In this document: in pieces, positions 39,222-48,197 of the stretch
Layout of the letters: each line of letters starts with the position of its first letter
How positions within the stretch are numbered: the stretch's first letter is position 1
Assembly (NCBI GenBank): GCA_963665235.2
Contig: CAXXLX010000001.1
Location: 416,001-480,000, forward strand
Source: Candidatus Poribacteria bacterium
GTDB lineage: Bacteria; Poribacteria; WGA-4E; WGA-3G
Direction: 5' to 3'
DNA length: 64,000 nucleotides
Position numbers and translations under genes: made by a program
The notes under the pieces: generated by a model
Told to the model about the DNA's origin: nothing
Seen by the model: the letters and a program-made list of their open reading frames with translations, nothing else
Databases searched by the model: none

Positions 39222-39268
39222 ACGTGAGTTTGGAAAAAGTTTTCCGCTAGTATTCGGGCAACCAGCAC
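39222..39268. mobile_element. MITE family A terminal fragment (another at 41026-41070)
   Basis: ACGT(GA/AG)GTTTGGAAAAAGTTTTCC.CTAGTATTC.GGCAA.CAGC; matches the end of the complete copy at 61846-61996. Confidence 0.6.
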
Positions 39269-39414
39269 GTTCCTTTATAGCATTATGGAAACCGTTGGAA
39301 ACCTATAGCAAGCGGAAGAGAACTCTGAAGCGCATCAGAAACCTGTTTCGCTTCAAAAACTCTTGCCAATCGCCAATCGCCAATCGCTAATTGCCAATTG
39401 CCAATTGCTAATTT

Positions 39415-39507
39415 GGGTATCCATGGTAGCTAACAGCATATCCCCCGATGAGAAGGTATTCAACTTGGTATGAGTTCAGCAACCTCAAGAACTCTTTGAA
39501 GTCGTTC
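39415..39507 (-). pseudogene. Fragment of a nucleotidyltransferase-like (DUF6036-type) gene
   Basis: Minus strand reads NDFKEFLRLLNSYQVEYLLIGGYAVSYHGYP and is then cut off by the heptamer repeat. Confidence 0.6.
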
Positions 39508-39594
39508 GTTCAAAAGACGATAGCACAGAAAACGTTTTTTTATCCACTCACTTTAAGCGCATCAATTGCCCGCATTGCCTAAATCCTCCCCGTT

Positions 39595-40605
39595 TTACTC
39601 TGATGGCGGTTGTACGTCTTCCAACAGTCTATGGATAATATCCAAACTTGTTATACCGTCAGCTTCTGCGTTAAAGTTAGTTAAAATTCGGTGTCGAAGT
39701 ACCGGTCTTGCCACGGCTTTGATATCTTCATAAGCGACGTGATAACGGCCGTGCATAATTGCGCGTGCTTTTGCTCCTAAAACTAGATATTGCGATGCTC
39801 GGGGGCCCGCGCCCCAATCCACCCAGTTCTTAATAAAATCTGGGGCATCGGGGTGTGTCGGTCGCGTAGTGTGGCTCAGTTCAACGGCATAATCCACCAT
39901 ACTTTCGGCAATCGGTACTTTCCGGACAATTTGTTGTAACCTGAGCACCTCTTCACTTGTAATAACCGGTGCTATCTCCGGTTCATAAGCGGAGGTAGTC
40001 GTCATTACAATCTCTTTTTCTTCCGCCTTGTCGGGGTAGTCAATATAAATATTGAACATGAACCGATCGAGTTGTGCTTCGGGGAGTGGATATGTGCCTT
40101 CCTGTTCGATCGGATTCTGTGTTGCTAACACGAAGAACGGGAGTTCTAATCCGTATGTATTCCCCCCTGCCGTAACCTTGTATTCCTGCATGGCTTGTAG
40201 CAACGCGGCTTGTGTTTTCGGGGGGGTTCGGTTAATCTCATCGGCAAGGACAATGTTGGCGAAAACGGGGCCTTTGATAAAACGGAACGCGCGTTTGCCG
40301 GTATTCATCTCTTCCTCAATAATATCTGTACCAATGATGTCCGAAGGCATTAGGTCCGGGGTGAATTGAATACGATTGAAAGGGAGTTTGAGAATTTGTG
40401 CGAAAGTACTGATAAGAAGCGTTTTAGCGAGTCCGGGAACGCCTACAAGCAGACAGTGGCCTTGTGAGAAGAGAGCAATTAACAGTTGGTCGATGACATC
40501 GCTTTGCCCGATGATTCGTTTTCTCAGTTCGGTTAAAATATTTTCGCGAGCTGTTTTTAAAAAAGCTGCGGCTTCTAAGTCAGTTTCAATATGTGCATTT
40601 TCCAT
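39595..40605 (-). CDS. MoxR-family AAA+ ATPase
   Basis: GVPGLAKT, RIQFTPDLMPSDI, LADEINRTPPKTQAALL and ATQNPIEQEGTYPLPEAQLDRF. Confidence 0.95.
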   Translation of the reverse strand: MENAHIETDLEAAAFLKTARENILTELRKRIIGQSDVIDQLLIALFSQGHCLLVGVPGLAKTLLISTFAQILKLPFNRIQFTPDLMPSDIIGTDIIEEEMNTGKRAFRFIKGPVFANIVLADEINRTPPKTQAALLQAMQEYKVTAGGNTYGLELPFFVLATQNPIEQEGTYPLPEAQLDRFMFNIYIDYPDKAEEKEIVMTTTSAYEPEIAPVITSEEVLRLQQIVRKVPIAESMVDYAVELSHTTRPTHPDAPDFIKNWVDWGAGPRASQYLVLGAKARAIMHGRYHVAYEDIKAVARPVLRHRILTNFNAEADGITSLDIIHRLLEDVQPPSE

Positions 40606-40630
40606 GAATTTTGAATCTTTCCTAATTTTA

Positions 40631-41012
40631 CTATAGTTTGGACAATATCCGTGAGACTAATGCCCGATTTTCAAAGCATTTCTGATTTTTCTCTAAGTTT
40701 CTCACACAAGGACAAATAGGAGAAAAATAGGATAGGATGTGCGAAAACGCAGCCCCAGCGGGGCGGAATGTTTATAGATAACGCAACCACATCACAAACT
40801 AGCCCCAGCGGGGCGATAGGGTTATAGAAGCAACAACACCCTAACCTATAATCACAAAACTTGGAGTGTTACGCACCGGACAATCCGCGCAAGCCGTATC
40901 CTCCGCGATAATCCGAGATTCTGACAAAAAACGCCAAATCCAATCTTCCACCCTTCCACCCTTCCACCTATCCCTTTGACTGGACGCACCCCTAAAATTG
41001 TCCAAAGTTCAG
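40631..41012. mobile_element. MITE family B, complete copy with 8-bp target duplication
   Basis: Ends CTATAGTTTGGACAAT / ATTGTCCAAAGTTCAG; TAATTTTA at 40623-40630 and 41013-41020; two internal AGCCCCAGCGGGGCG hairpins. Confidence 0.85.
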
Positions 41013-41073
41013 TAATTTTAATCTAACGTAGGTTTGGAAAAAGTTTTCCCCTAGTATTCAGGCAAACAGCCCG

Positions 41074-42126
41074 CTACTCAGTTCTCCATATCTGGAGTCC
41101 ATCGGTATCAAAGTTAAAGTCGATGATTCGGGCTCCTGCCTCTTCGAGTTTCTGTCGGACGCTATGTTCTCGGGTAGGTTGGCAGTAGAAGAGGAGACAG
41201 CCGCCTCCGCCTGCCCCACATGCTTTACCCCCGATTGCGCCGTGTGTTTCCGCCACACTAAACAGTGCCTCAATTTGTTCATTCGTTACGGATGCGTGCA
41301 ATTTCTTCTGATTTTGCCAGTTTTCTGTCAGGAGTTCACCGAATTCTGTTAAGCGGCCTCGGATGAGTGCAGTTTTAGTGGTTTCAGCAATTGTTTTCAA
41401 GTTTTCCAAAGCGTTTTTCACACTCGGTTCACCGTTTTTGTATGCCTCCGTTACGTTTTGATGTATATTCCCGGAGAGCCGAGATTGGCCGGTGTAACAG
41501 AGTACGAGATTTTTTTCCAGCTCATATCGTATGTGCGGCGGTATTTTTAAAGGTGACGTTTTTACTTCTTCACCTTGAAATTCCATGAAGTTGATGCCGC
41601 CGAGAGCACTTGCGTAATGGTCCTGCTTCCCGCCGAGTATACCGAGTTCAAAACGTTCAATTGTGCTAGCGAGTTCAGCGTATTGATAGGGGAGATAGGT
41701 TACATCCTTGAGTGCGCCGAGCACACCGATTAGAGCGACTCCCATTGCGGCGGAGGTGCCGAGTCCACTCCCGGGCGGTGCGTTCGACTGTGTAATCAGA
41801 TTGAAGCCGCCAGTTTGGATTGACATGTGTCGGACAGCGGCTTTGATAAGGTCAATGTTTCCATCATATTCAAGTTGGCGTACATCTTGGGCTTCAATAA
41901 ACGTATCAAAGTCAGCAGAATAGATACGAATGCTTTTATCCAAAATACGCTGAAGTTCGATGGTGTCTGGGGGCGTTGCTTGGCCTTCACAAGCAAGCGT
42001 GGCATAAGCATATCGGTTAATTGCCCCGTTGACGACGAGCCCTTTAGATTCCTCGGTAAAGAGAGCTACGTCGCTCCATCCGCCAGCAAAATCAATGCGG
42101 ACCGGAGCTCTAGTTCGGATTAACAT
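41074..42126 (-). CDS. GHMP sugar kinase (HddA-like heptose-7-phosphate kinase)
   Basis: APVRIDFAGGWSD, PPGSGLGTS, GGKQDHYA and GKACGAGGGG. Confidence 0.88.
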   Translation of the reverse strand: MLIRTRAPVRIDFAGGWSDVALFTEESKGLVVNGAINRYAYATLACEGQATPPDTIELQRILDKSIRIYSADFDTFIEAQDVRQLEYDGNIDLIKAAVRHMSIQTGGFNLITQSNAPPGSGLGTSAAMGVALIGVLGALKDVTYLPYQYAELASTIERFELGILGGKQDHYASALGGINFMEFQGEEVKTSPLKIPPHIRYELEKNLVLCYTGQSRLSGNIHQNVTEAYKNGEPSVKNALENLKTIAETTKTALIRGRLTEFGELLTENWQNQKKLHASVTNEQIEALFSVAETHGAIGGKACGAGGGGCLLFYCQPTREHSVRQKLEEAGARIIDFNFDTDGLQIWRTE

Positions 42127-42338
42127 CACAGTTCTCCTGAAGAGGTCCGAAGCTATAGGGAATGGCACACAACTTGCCTCTGCTATTTTGTTTAACTAGG
42201 TTTCTACCTAAGCTGTACTGGTAGGGCGGGTTTAACCGGATTTCTGGGTTTACCAGTAGTAAAAAGCCGCAGAGATGCCTTTTCGATAATGAGGCGTAAT
42301 CCTGCGGCTTTTTACTACAGCCTGTCAAGGCACTGCAT

Positions 42339-42623
42339 TTAGGCAACAGCGTCTCGGAGCTGTTTACCGGCTTTGAACGCTGGCACATTTTTCGCTTCAA
42401 TAGCAAGCGGATCGCCCGTTTGTGGATTGCGGCCTTGACGGGCGGCACGATGCCGGACTTCAAACGTTCCAAAACCAATGATTCCTACGGAGTTACCGTC
42501 GCTCAAGGCATCTCGAACAGTTGCCGTAAATGCGTCAACAGCGGCAGCCGCATCTTTTTTGCTAAGACCGGTCTTTTCAATAACACTGCCAACGATGTCT
42601 GCCTTCGTTAATTTATTAGCCAT
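42339..42623 (-). CDS. hup: DNA-binding protein HU
   Basis: [25 protein letters not shown] and [14 protein letters not shown]. Confidence 0.97.
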   Translation of the reverse strand: MANKLTKADIVGSVIEKTGLSKKDAAAAVDAFTATVRDALSDGNSVGIIGFGTFEVRHRAARQGRNPQTGDPLAIEAKNVPAFKAGKQLRDAVA

Positions 42624-43124
42624 GATTCAACTTCCTTTAATGTTTATTCAGGTAGATGAAGTCTCACCGTTTGGAATTCTGAATTACAAAAATAAGGGTG
42701 TAACTACATCCAACTGAAGCGTGAATTTGATAGAACCTATTCCGATAGTATGAACCTATACATTTCCATGCAATGTTAGACATTTCACGGTCATGCATGG
42801 TTCGCAAGCTACACAAACGTAGCCAGGGGCTATCTCCCAGCACATATTCCAAAATATAGAGTATGCGCTAAATTTGTCTGCAAATGCCGATTCGCTTTAT
42901 TGACTGTTAGCAGTTAGCAAGAGTTTCAGACGGTAATAAGCGTTCTGACGTGTTTCAGAGCCCTCTTCCTCTTTTGCCAATAAGCCAATTGCTGCCAATT
43001 GCTAAATGAAGCAAAAATAGACGTGGTTTTGTCTAAAAACATTGCAAACAAAACTCTAAAATAGCGGACAACTCCCACACAAGGTATGTGCGGGGTCAGA
43101 GCGTTGTCCAAAGTGTTATAGTGA

Positions 43125-43224
43125 TTATACCACACTTTTAGGCAAAAGTCAAATTAAAATTTCAACTCATGCACCGCCACTATATCCCCCTGATAAATCA
43201 TGAGGGTTTTGTGTTGGGAGCTTG
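43125..43224 (-). mobile_element. Solo IS200/IS605-type left end with internal promoter
   Basis: Homologous to 54331-54412; contains TTGACT-N17-TATAAT pointing toward hup. Confidence 0.6.
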
Positions 43225-43383
43225 ATAATATATAGTTTCTGTTAAAAGAATACTAAAGTTTGGACAATTTGTCTGCGTTTGCTGAGAGGGACGGAGATGT
43301 ATTCATCTATTTATTACCGCGTCCGGGCGGCACATCAGACCTCTCCCGATTTATAACAGATAGGGCCCGTGTTTGAAAGCATA

Positions 43384-43482
43384 GCATCAGACCGAAGTAA
43401 GCACAGTTTGCTACTCATATTCTCGTCCACGAATATGTTGACACCGAACGGGCATCAGACCGAAGTAAGCACAGTTTGCTAC
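43384..43482. repeat. Two identical 31-bp direct repeats separated by 37 bp
   Basis: GCATCAGACCGAAGTAAGCACAGTTTGCTAC at 43384-43414 and 43452-43482. Confidence 0.85.
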
Positions 43483-43557
43483 CCCTGATGCGACCGGGTG
43501 CCAGAAAACGAGCAGAATCTACCAGACATTTTCCAAACTTTCACTTTATCATTTTCA

Positions 43558-43586
43558 ATTATACATACAATTGCATTATTTGTCAA
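43558..43586 (-). promoter_or_regulatory. Consensus sigma70 promoter
   Basis: TTGACA-N17-TATAAT on the minus strand. Confidence 0.7.
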
Positions 43587-43734
43587 CTTTTTGAAAAAAT
43601 GACAAATATGTCCGTAAACATCTTTTTTGCAATGCGTTCAGCAAAAATCGTTGATTTTTTTCCGTTCACATATTTCAGTGTAAGCTATTTCACGAAAAAA
43701 GTCAATTAATTTCGGAAAGATTTCGAAGCAAATT

Positions 43735-43996
43735 GTTTCCATTCCCTTCAAACGCGAAAACACTGGGGAACTAGAGGCAGCGGACAGACACCTACCCGAA
43801 AGGGAAATTGGTTTCCATTCCCTTCAAGCGGGAAAACACTGGGGGCACACTAAAACAGTTGTGAAGGAGTATGCCTATGGAAGGACGTTTCCATTCCCTT
43901 CAAGCGGGAAAACACTGGGGGCACGCATCACCTATTACCGCAGTCGTAGCAGTGCTTTGTTTCCATTCCCTTCAAGCGGGAAAACACTGGGGGCAC
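43735..43996 (-). CRISPR. Orphan CRISPR mini-array, 4 repeats and 3 spacers
   Basis: 38-bp repeat GTTTCCATTCCCTTCAAGCGGGAAAACACTGGGGGCAC at 43811, 43887 and 43959, with a degenerate 37-bp copy at 43735. Unique spacers of 39, 38 and 34 bp. The minus strand ends in a hairpin plus ATGGAAAC. No cas genes in the window. Confidence 0.93.
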
Positions 43997-44232
43997 TTAC
44001 CCTATTTTCGACCCACGCCACGCTTGACTCCACAACCCCTAATCCAAACACGAACTGCGCGGGGCTTTTTTTTACTCAAAAATCGGAGCGAAAATCGCCT
44101 AAACCCTTACCAATACTGACTCAAACGCGATTTTTACTAAAAAACACGAGAGAATTCAGTCACCGTATGGGTTTATGGGCTATTTCATCAAGCAATTCAG
44201 CGCAAGGTCGAATCGCGTTTGTTTTACAAAAT
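43997..44232 (-). promoter_or_regulatory. Putative CRISPR leader
   Basis: Non-coding stretch with A/T tracts next to the intact repeat and opposite the degenerate repeat. Confidence 0.55.
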
Positions 44233-44240
44233 TAAGTATA

Positions 44241-44570
44241 CTATAGTTTGGACAATTTCTGTGAGCCTGATGCCCGATTTTCAAAGCATTTCTGATTTTT
44301 CTCTAAGTTCCTCACACAAATACAAACAGTAGAAAATAGACTCCGATGCGCCAAAGCGCGGTTTCCCCAGCGGGGCGGTATCTTTATAGAAAACACAAAC
44401 AAAACAAAAACTAGCCCCAGCGGGGCGGTATCTTTATAGATTTTAGCCAGACCCCGCTTCTTTCCGCGTCCTCTGCGAAAGGAACATCTCGCCTCTTGTG
44501 TGTCGCCCGTGACACAACAGGCGAGATGTTCCTTTCCTCTGTGCCTTCCGTGATTCAGACAAAAAAACGC
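44241..44570. mobile_element. MITE family B copy lacking its second terminal repeat; contains a long hairpin at 44477-44536
   Basis: TAAGTATA|CTATAGTTTGGACAAT; body similar to 40631-40930. Confidence 0.75.
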
Positions 44571-44574
44571 AACA

Positions 44575-45057
44575 TCACTTAATCACAAAACCTTGACGCA
44601 TACACACCTTGTCTTCCGGCATCTTCACGTCGTACCACGCCTCAAATTCCTCAACACTTTGGCAGGCGGCATGGAAGAAACCGACGATGTCAATCCCCAT
44701 CTCCTTGGCGATAGTGAGATCCGCTTTGGCTTTCTCCCATTCTTGCAGATGCAACCACAAATCACCCCGATGGTAATAGGCAGCGGCATAGTCAGGGGTC
44801 AACGCTATCGCTTTGCTGAAGTCTGATATCGCCGCATCAAAATCGCCTTTACCAATGTAAGCATTGCCACGATTGTAATAGGCATCAGCATACTCGTGGT
44901 TCAATTCAATGGCTGTGCTATAGTCTGCTATCGCATTATCAACCTCACCTTTATCAAAGTAAGCATTGCCACGACTGTAATAGGCACGGGCAGACGCAGG
45001 GTTCAACGCTATCGCTTCACTACAGTCTTCTATAGATGCGTCAACGGGTGTGTTCAT
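44575..45057 (-). CDS. TPR-repeat protein
   Basis: Repeated AYY.RGNAY...G..D.AI.D.S.AI.L.P units. Confidence 0.85.
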   Translation of the reverse strand: MNTPVDASIEDCSEAIALNPASARAYYSRGNAYFDKGEVDNAIADYSTAIELNHEYADAYYNRGNAYIGKGDFDAAISDFSKAIALTPDYAAAYYHRGDLWLHLQEWEKAKADLTIAKEMGIDIVGFFHAACQSVEEFEAWYDVKMPEDKVCMRQGFVIK

Positions 45058-45068
45058 AGGTTTTTTTC

Positions 45069-45344
45069 CTATGCGATGGGTGGCATGCCGTGTTTCTCAA
45101 ATAAAAGATTCAGCCCGTCACCTAATACTTGCTCATAAGTTTTGTCTTCCTTTGCCGCGATCATCCGTACCTGCTGATGGGTTTTCGGGTCAAACCACCC
45201 TGTGAGGCATCTCTTGCCTTTTCGCGATGGCGGCAACTTCTCGTCGGTGTTCGCAACGACCGATTGCGATTCGGTTTCGAGTGCTGCCTTTTCCTGTTCC
45301 CGCTTTTGGTTGAAAATATCGGTGAGGTCTTTTTTCTGCTTCAT
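45069..45344 (-). CDS. Ribbon-helix-helix DNA-binding protein (ParG-like partition adaptor)
   Basis: PPSRKGKRCLTGWFDP..HQQVR.IAA.EDKT..QVL.DGLNLLFEKHG.PPIA; directly downstream of parA. Confidence 0.8.
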   Translation of the reverse strand: MKQKKDLTDIFNQKREQEKAALETESQSVVANTDEKLPPSRKGKRCLTGWFDPKTHQQVRMIAAKEDKTYEQVLGDGLNLLFEKHGMPPIA

Positions 45345-45345
45345 C

Positions 45346-45966
45346 TTATCCTCCCATTTCCTTGCTGAGATACGCATAGAGTGCCGTTATCTCGCGTGAT
45401 GTTTTCGCGCGCGGTTCAAATTCCTGAACGCCTGTGCCGTGATTGAATGCATGTACGAAGCCGACGCGCTGACCAAGTTCACACGGTGCGCATTCAACAT
45501 CGTATTGACGGATCACTTGACGTGCCTGATTGCCGAGGTCGCTACGGGCATCGACGCAATTTAATACGACGCGTGCCGGAACTTCCGCGATTTCCGCTAT
45601 CTTGACGGTGTTTTCAATCGCGTCTAAATCCACCATAGATGGCTTACACGGGATCAGGACGATAGATGCAGCCCGTGCAACATTTAGGGCATCGGGTCCT
45701 GAATTCGGGGCGGTATCCAAGATAACGAGGGTCGCGCCGTTTTCCTCTGCCGTCTGTAGCCAGTGTCTCAATCGAGAGACAGGTGTCGCGATAATCGCCG
45801 GTGTGTTTGCTTCGCGATAATCGCCCCATCGGGTCGCGCTCGCCTGCGGGTCGAGATCGATGAGGGCGGTGGTATGCCCTTCGCGTTCCGCGGCGACACA
45901 GAGATTCGTCGCGATTGTCGTCTTGCCGGTGCCACCTTTCTGAGAGAGGATCGCTACGGTTTTCAT
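45346..45966 (-). CDS. parA: Short ParA-family ATPase (type Ib/ParF-like)
   Basis: SQKGGTGKTT, IDLDPQAS, ILDTAP and LIPCKPS..DL; about 206 aa with no N-terminal HTH. Confidence 0.92.
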   Translation of the reverse strand: MKTVAILSQKGGTGKTTIATNLCVAAEREGHTTALIDLDPQASATRWGDYREANTPAIIATPVSRLRHWLQTAEENGATLVILDTAPNSGPDALNVARAASIVLIPCKPSMVDLDAIENTVKIAEIAEVPARVVLNCVDARSDLGNQARQVIRQYDVECAPCELGQRVGFVHAFNHGTGVQEFEPRAKTSREITALYAYLSKEMGG

Positions 45967-45977
45967 TTTTACCTCCA

Positions 45978-46058
45978 ATGACATGTTATCTGTGTAGATA
46001 TGTTTACTGTGTCAACATGTTGGCTGTGCTAACATGATATCGGTGTTAACATGTTAAT
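45978..46058. repeat. Five 17-bp tandem repeats with an (A)ACATGTT core, centromere/operator-like
   Basis: Cores at 45981, 45998, 46015, 46032 and 46049, immediately upstream of the parA RBS. Confidence 0.8.
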
Positions 46059-46301
46059 AAACGTTGGAGGCTGTGGATAGGTTACAGGTATTATATGAAA
46101 AATCGTGAATTGTGGGATTCAATGTTCCATAACGCTGCGGGTGTCGGGCGCAAAAACAACTTGAACATCCTTGCGTTTGCATAATCTGTCCGAAACCTGT
46201 TTGAAACATATCAGAAGTTTATCAGAAACTTGTTGGCAAGTAGGTTTGGCATTCGAAGCTTTAAGTGAAGTAGCTGGAGGCCCCGACTAGGAGAACATCT
46301 C

Positions 46302-46694
46302 ATGCAAGATAAGCTTATCAAATCTACAGAGTTTTTTCATCTTACTTTCAGCGTCCGTCTGAGCGTATAGTTGGGACGCTATTGTTGGTGTGTTTGCCAT
46401 CTGTTTGGTCTGGACAACCCGAATCAGGTTGGTGACGCGTTGGGTCTGCCGAAAGGGAGCCTTTATCGCAGGCTAGGTGCTTTGAGCCTATATTATGCGC
46501 GGAGTTTGTGTCTTCATATCAGGTGTGCGATAGCAGCCGCAGCCATCAAATCGGTTGAAGGGAAGAGTGCCTCGACACAATAGCGTAAACGTCCTACGAT
46601 AAGTGTGGATGATACGAATCTACCACACGATGGTGAGAAGCTAGCCTACTGTGGTAGATGGTGGTCAAAAAAACACGGCTCATGTAAAGAATAA
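46302..46694 (+). pseudogene. DDE transposase pseudogene (IS4/IS701-like superfamily)
   Basis: AGGAG RBS and ATG 46302; in-frame TAG at 46368 and 46581; RKRPTISVDDTNL first catalytic-Asp motif; truncated. TGCGTAAGTCCTG end-like sequence near 46924-46936. Confidence 0.65.
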
Positions 46695-47147
46695 GTGCAT
46701 AAGAAAATTTAACCCTTGTGGCCGTTGCGTTTATTAGAACAATCGCACACATCTTTAACATGAGCCCTGAACTTTTTCACAATGGTCTGCGAAATGAGTG
46801 AGCGTCCAGTTGATTTGGGTGCTGAGTAAATACTGACAGTAATCTAAGCGTGTCGGTTTGTTCATCTTTAGACTCCTCCTTGCAAACCATATTAACCAAA
46901 TATAGAAATCATGTCAACTATTTTGCGTAAGTCCTGCATATAATTCAAACATTGTCAAGGTATATTTAAATTTTTTTTGAAGATTCTACCGTATTTTTGC
47001 AAATTCACTCCATTTTTTTCAATAGAACTCAATTAAAATCTCGGAAATTGAAAGAATTTCGCTTTCTTCTAAATAAAACGGACTTGCTTAATGCACGAAT
47101 TTGTGATAACATAATTTAAAAGACGAAACGTTGAGGTAAAGAAAAAA

Positions 47148-48149
47148 ATGCATGAAAATTATAGTGTTGCAATTGTTGGGGCAACAGGCGCGGTCGGCAA
47201 CACGTTGTTAGAAATTTTAGAAGAACGCGCCTTTCCGATTCAAAACCTGAAGCTGCTGGCATCGCATAGGTCCGCCGGTGAAATTTTTACGTTTAAAAAC
47301 GAACACATCGTTATTGAGGAACTATCACACGATTCCTTTGAGGCGGTTGATGTTGTTTTTTCATCGGCAGGTGCCACGGTAAGTAGGGAATTCATACCAA
47401 CAGCTGTCCAAAAGGGGGCGTTGGTTATTGACAACACAAGTGCGTTCCGAATGGACCCAGAAACACCCCTCGTTGTGCCGGAAGTTAACATGGCGGCTGC
47501 TTTTCAACATAAGGGGCTCATCGCGAATCCGAACTGCTCTACTATTCAGATGATGGTCGCACTCAAACCGATTTACGACGCTGTCGGCATCAAACGCATC
47601 GTTGTTTCCACATACCAGAGCGTCTCCGGTAAAAGTGGACGCGCCGTGACAGAGTTGGTCCAGCAAACAACCGAGGCGTTGGAAGGCAAGCCTATCACGC
47701 TCGATCGGTTCCCACATCAGATGGCGTTTAATGTCGCCTTCGATTGGCCCTTTACCGATACAGGCGATAACGAAGAAGAATTGAAGATGATTAACGAAAC
47801 CCGAAAAATCCTTGAGGACGAAACTATCGGGGTGTCCGCAACAACTGTCCGGGTGCCAGTTTTCTTCGCACATTCTGAATCCATTAATGTAGAGACGCAT
47901 GAAAAACTTACCCAAGCGCAAGCCCGTGAATGTCTTGCTGCCGCCCCGGGTGTCCAAGTCATTGACGATACCGATAATTATAAGTACCCGATGGCGATAG
48001 ATGCCGCCGGCAACGATGATGTTTATGTCGGACGCATCCGAGAAGATACATCTATTCCGAACGGCTTAAATCTATGGGTTGTCGCCGATAATCTTCGTAA
48101 AGGGGCTGCGTTGAATGCGATTCAGATTGCAGAACGACTTTTGTGCTAA
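47148..48149 (+). CDS. asd: Aspartate-semialdehyde dehydrogenase
   Basis: VGATGAVG, DNTSAFRM, ANPNCSTIQ, STYQSVSG and DNLRKGAALNAIQIAE. Confidence 0.97.
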   Translation: MHENYSVAIVGATGAVGNTLLEILEERAFPIQNLKLLASHRSAGEIFTFKNEHIVIEELSHDSFEAVDVVFSSAGATVSREFIPTAVQKGALVIDNTSAFRMDPETPLVVPEVNMAAAFQHKGLIANPNCSTIQMMVALKPIYDAVGIKRIVVSTYQSVSGKSGRAVTELVQQTTEALEGKPITLDRFPHQMAFNVAFDWPFTDTGDNEEELKMINETRKILEDETIGVSATTVRVPVFFAHSESINVETHEKLTQAQARECLAAAPGVQVIDDTDNYKYPMAIDAAGNDDVYVGRIREDTSIPNGLNLWVVADNLRKGAALNAIQIAERLLC

Positions 48150-48197
48150 ACTCATTTGCCTTGTGAGAACGGCACTCTCAAGAAGTTGAACATAAGT

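Noticed and set aside
43384-43482. Annotating it as a second CRISPR array
   Set aside because: Only two copies, no GAAA(C/G) end, and a GTAG start typical of local REPs; kept as a lower-confidence finding
43772-43958. Self-targeting of spacers within the window
   Set aside because: No convincing match found by eye; this needs a computational search
43861-44235. ORFs of 124 and 82 aa
   Set aside because: Translations of the CRISPR repeats and leader
46371-46583. Independent 70-aa gene
   Set aside because: It is the segment between two stop codons of the transposase pseudogene
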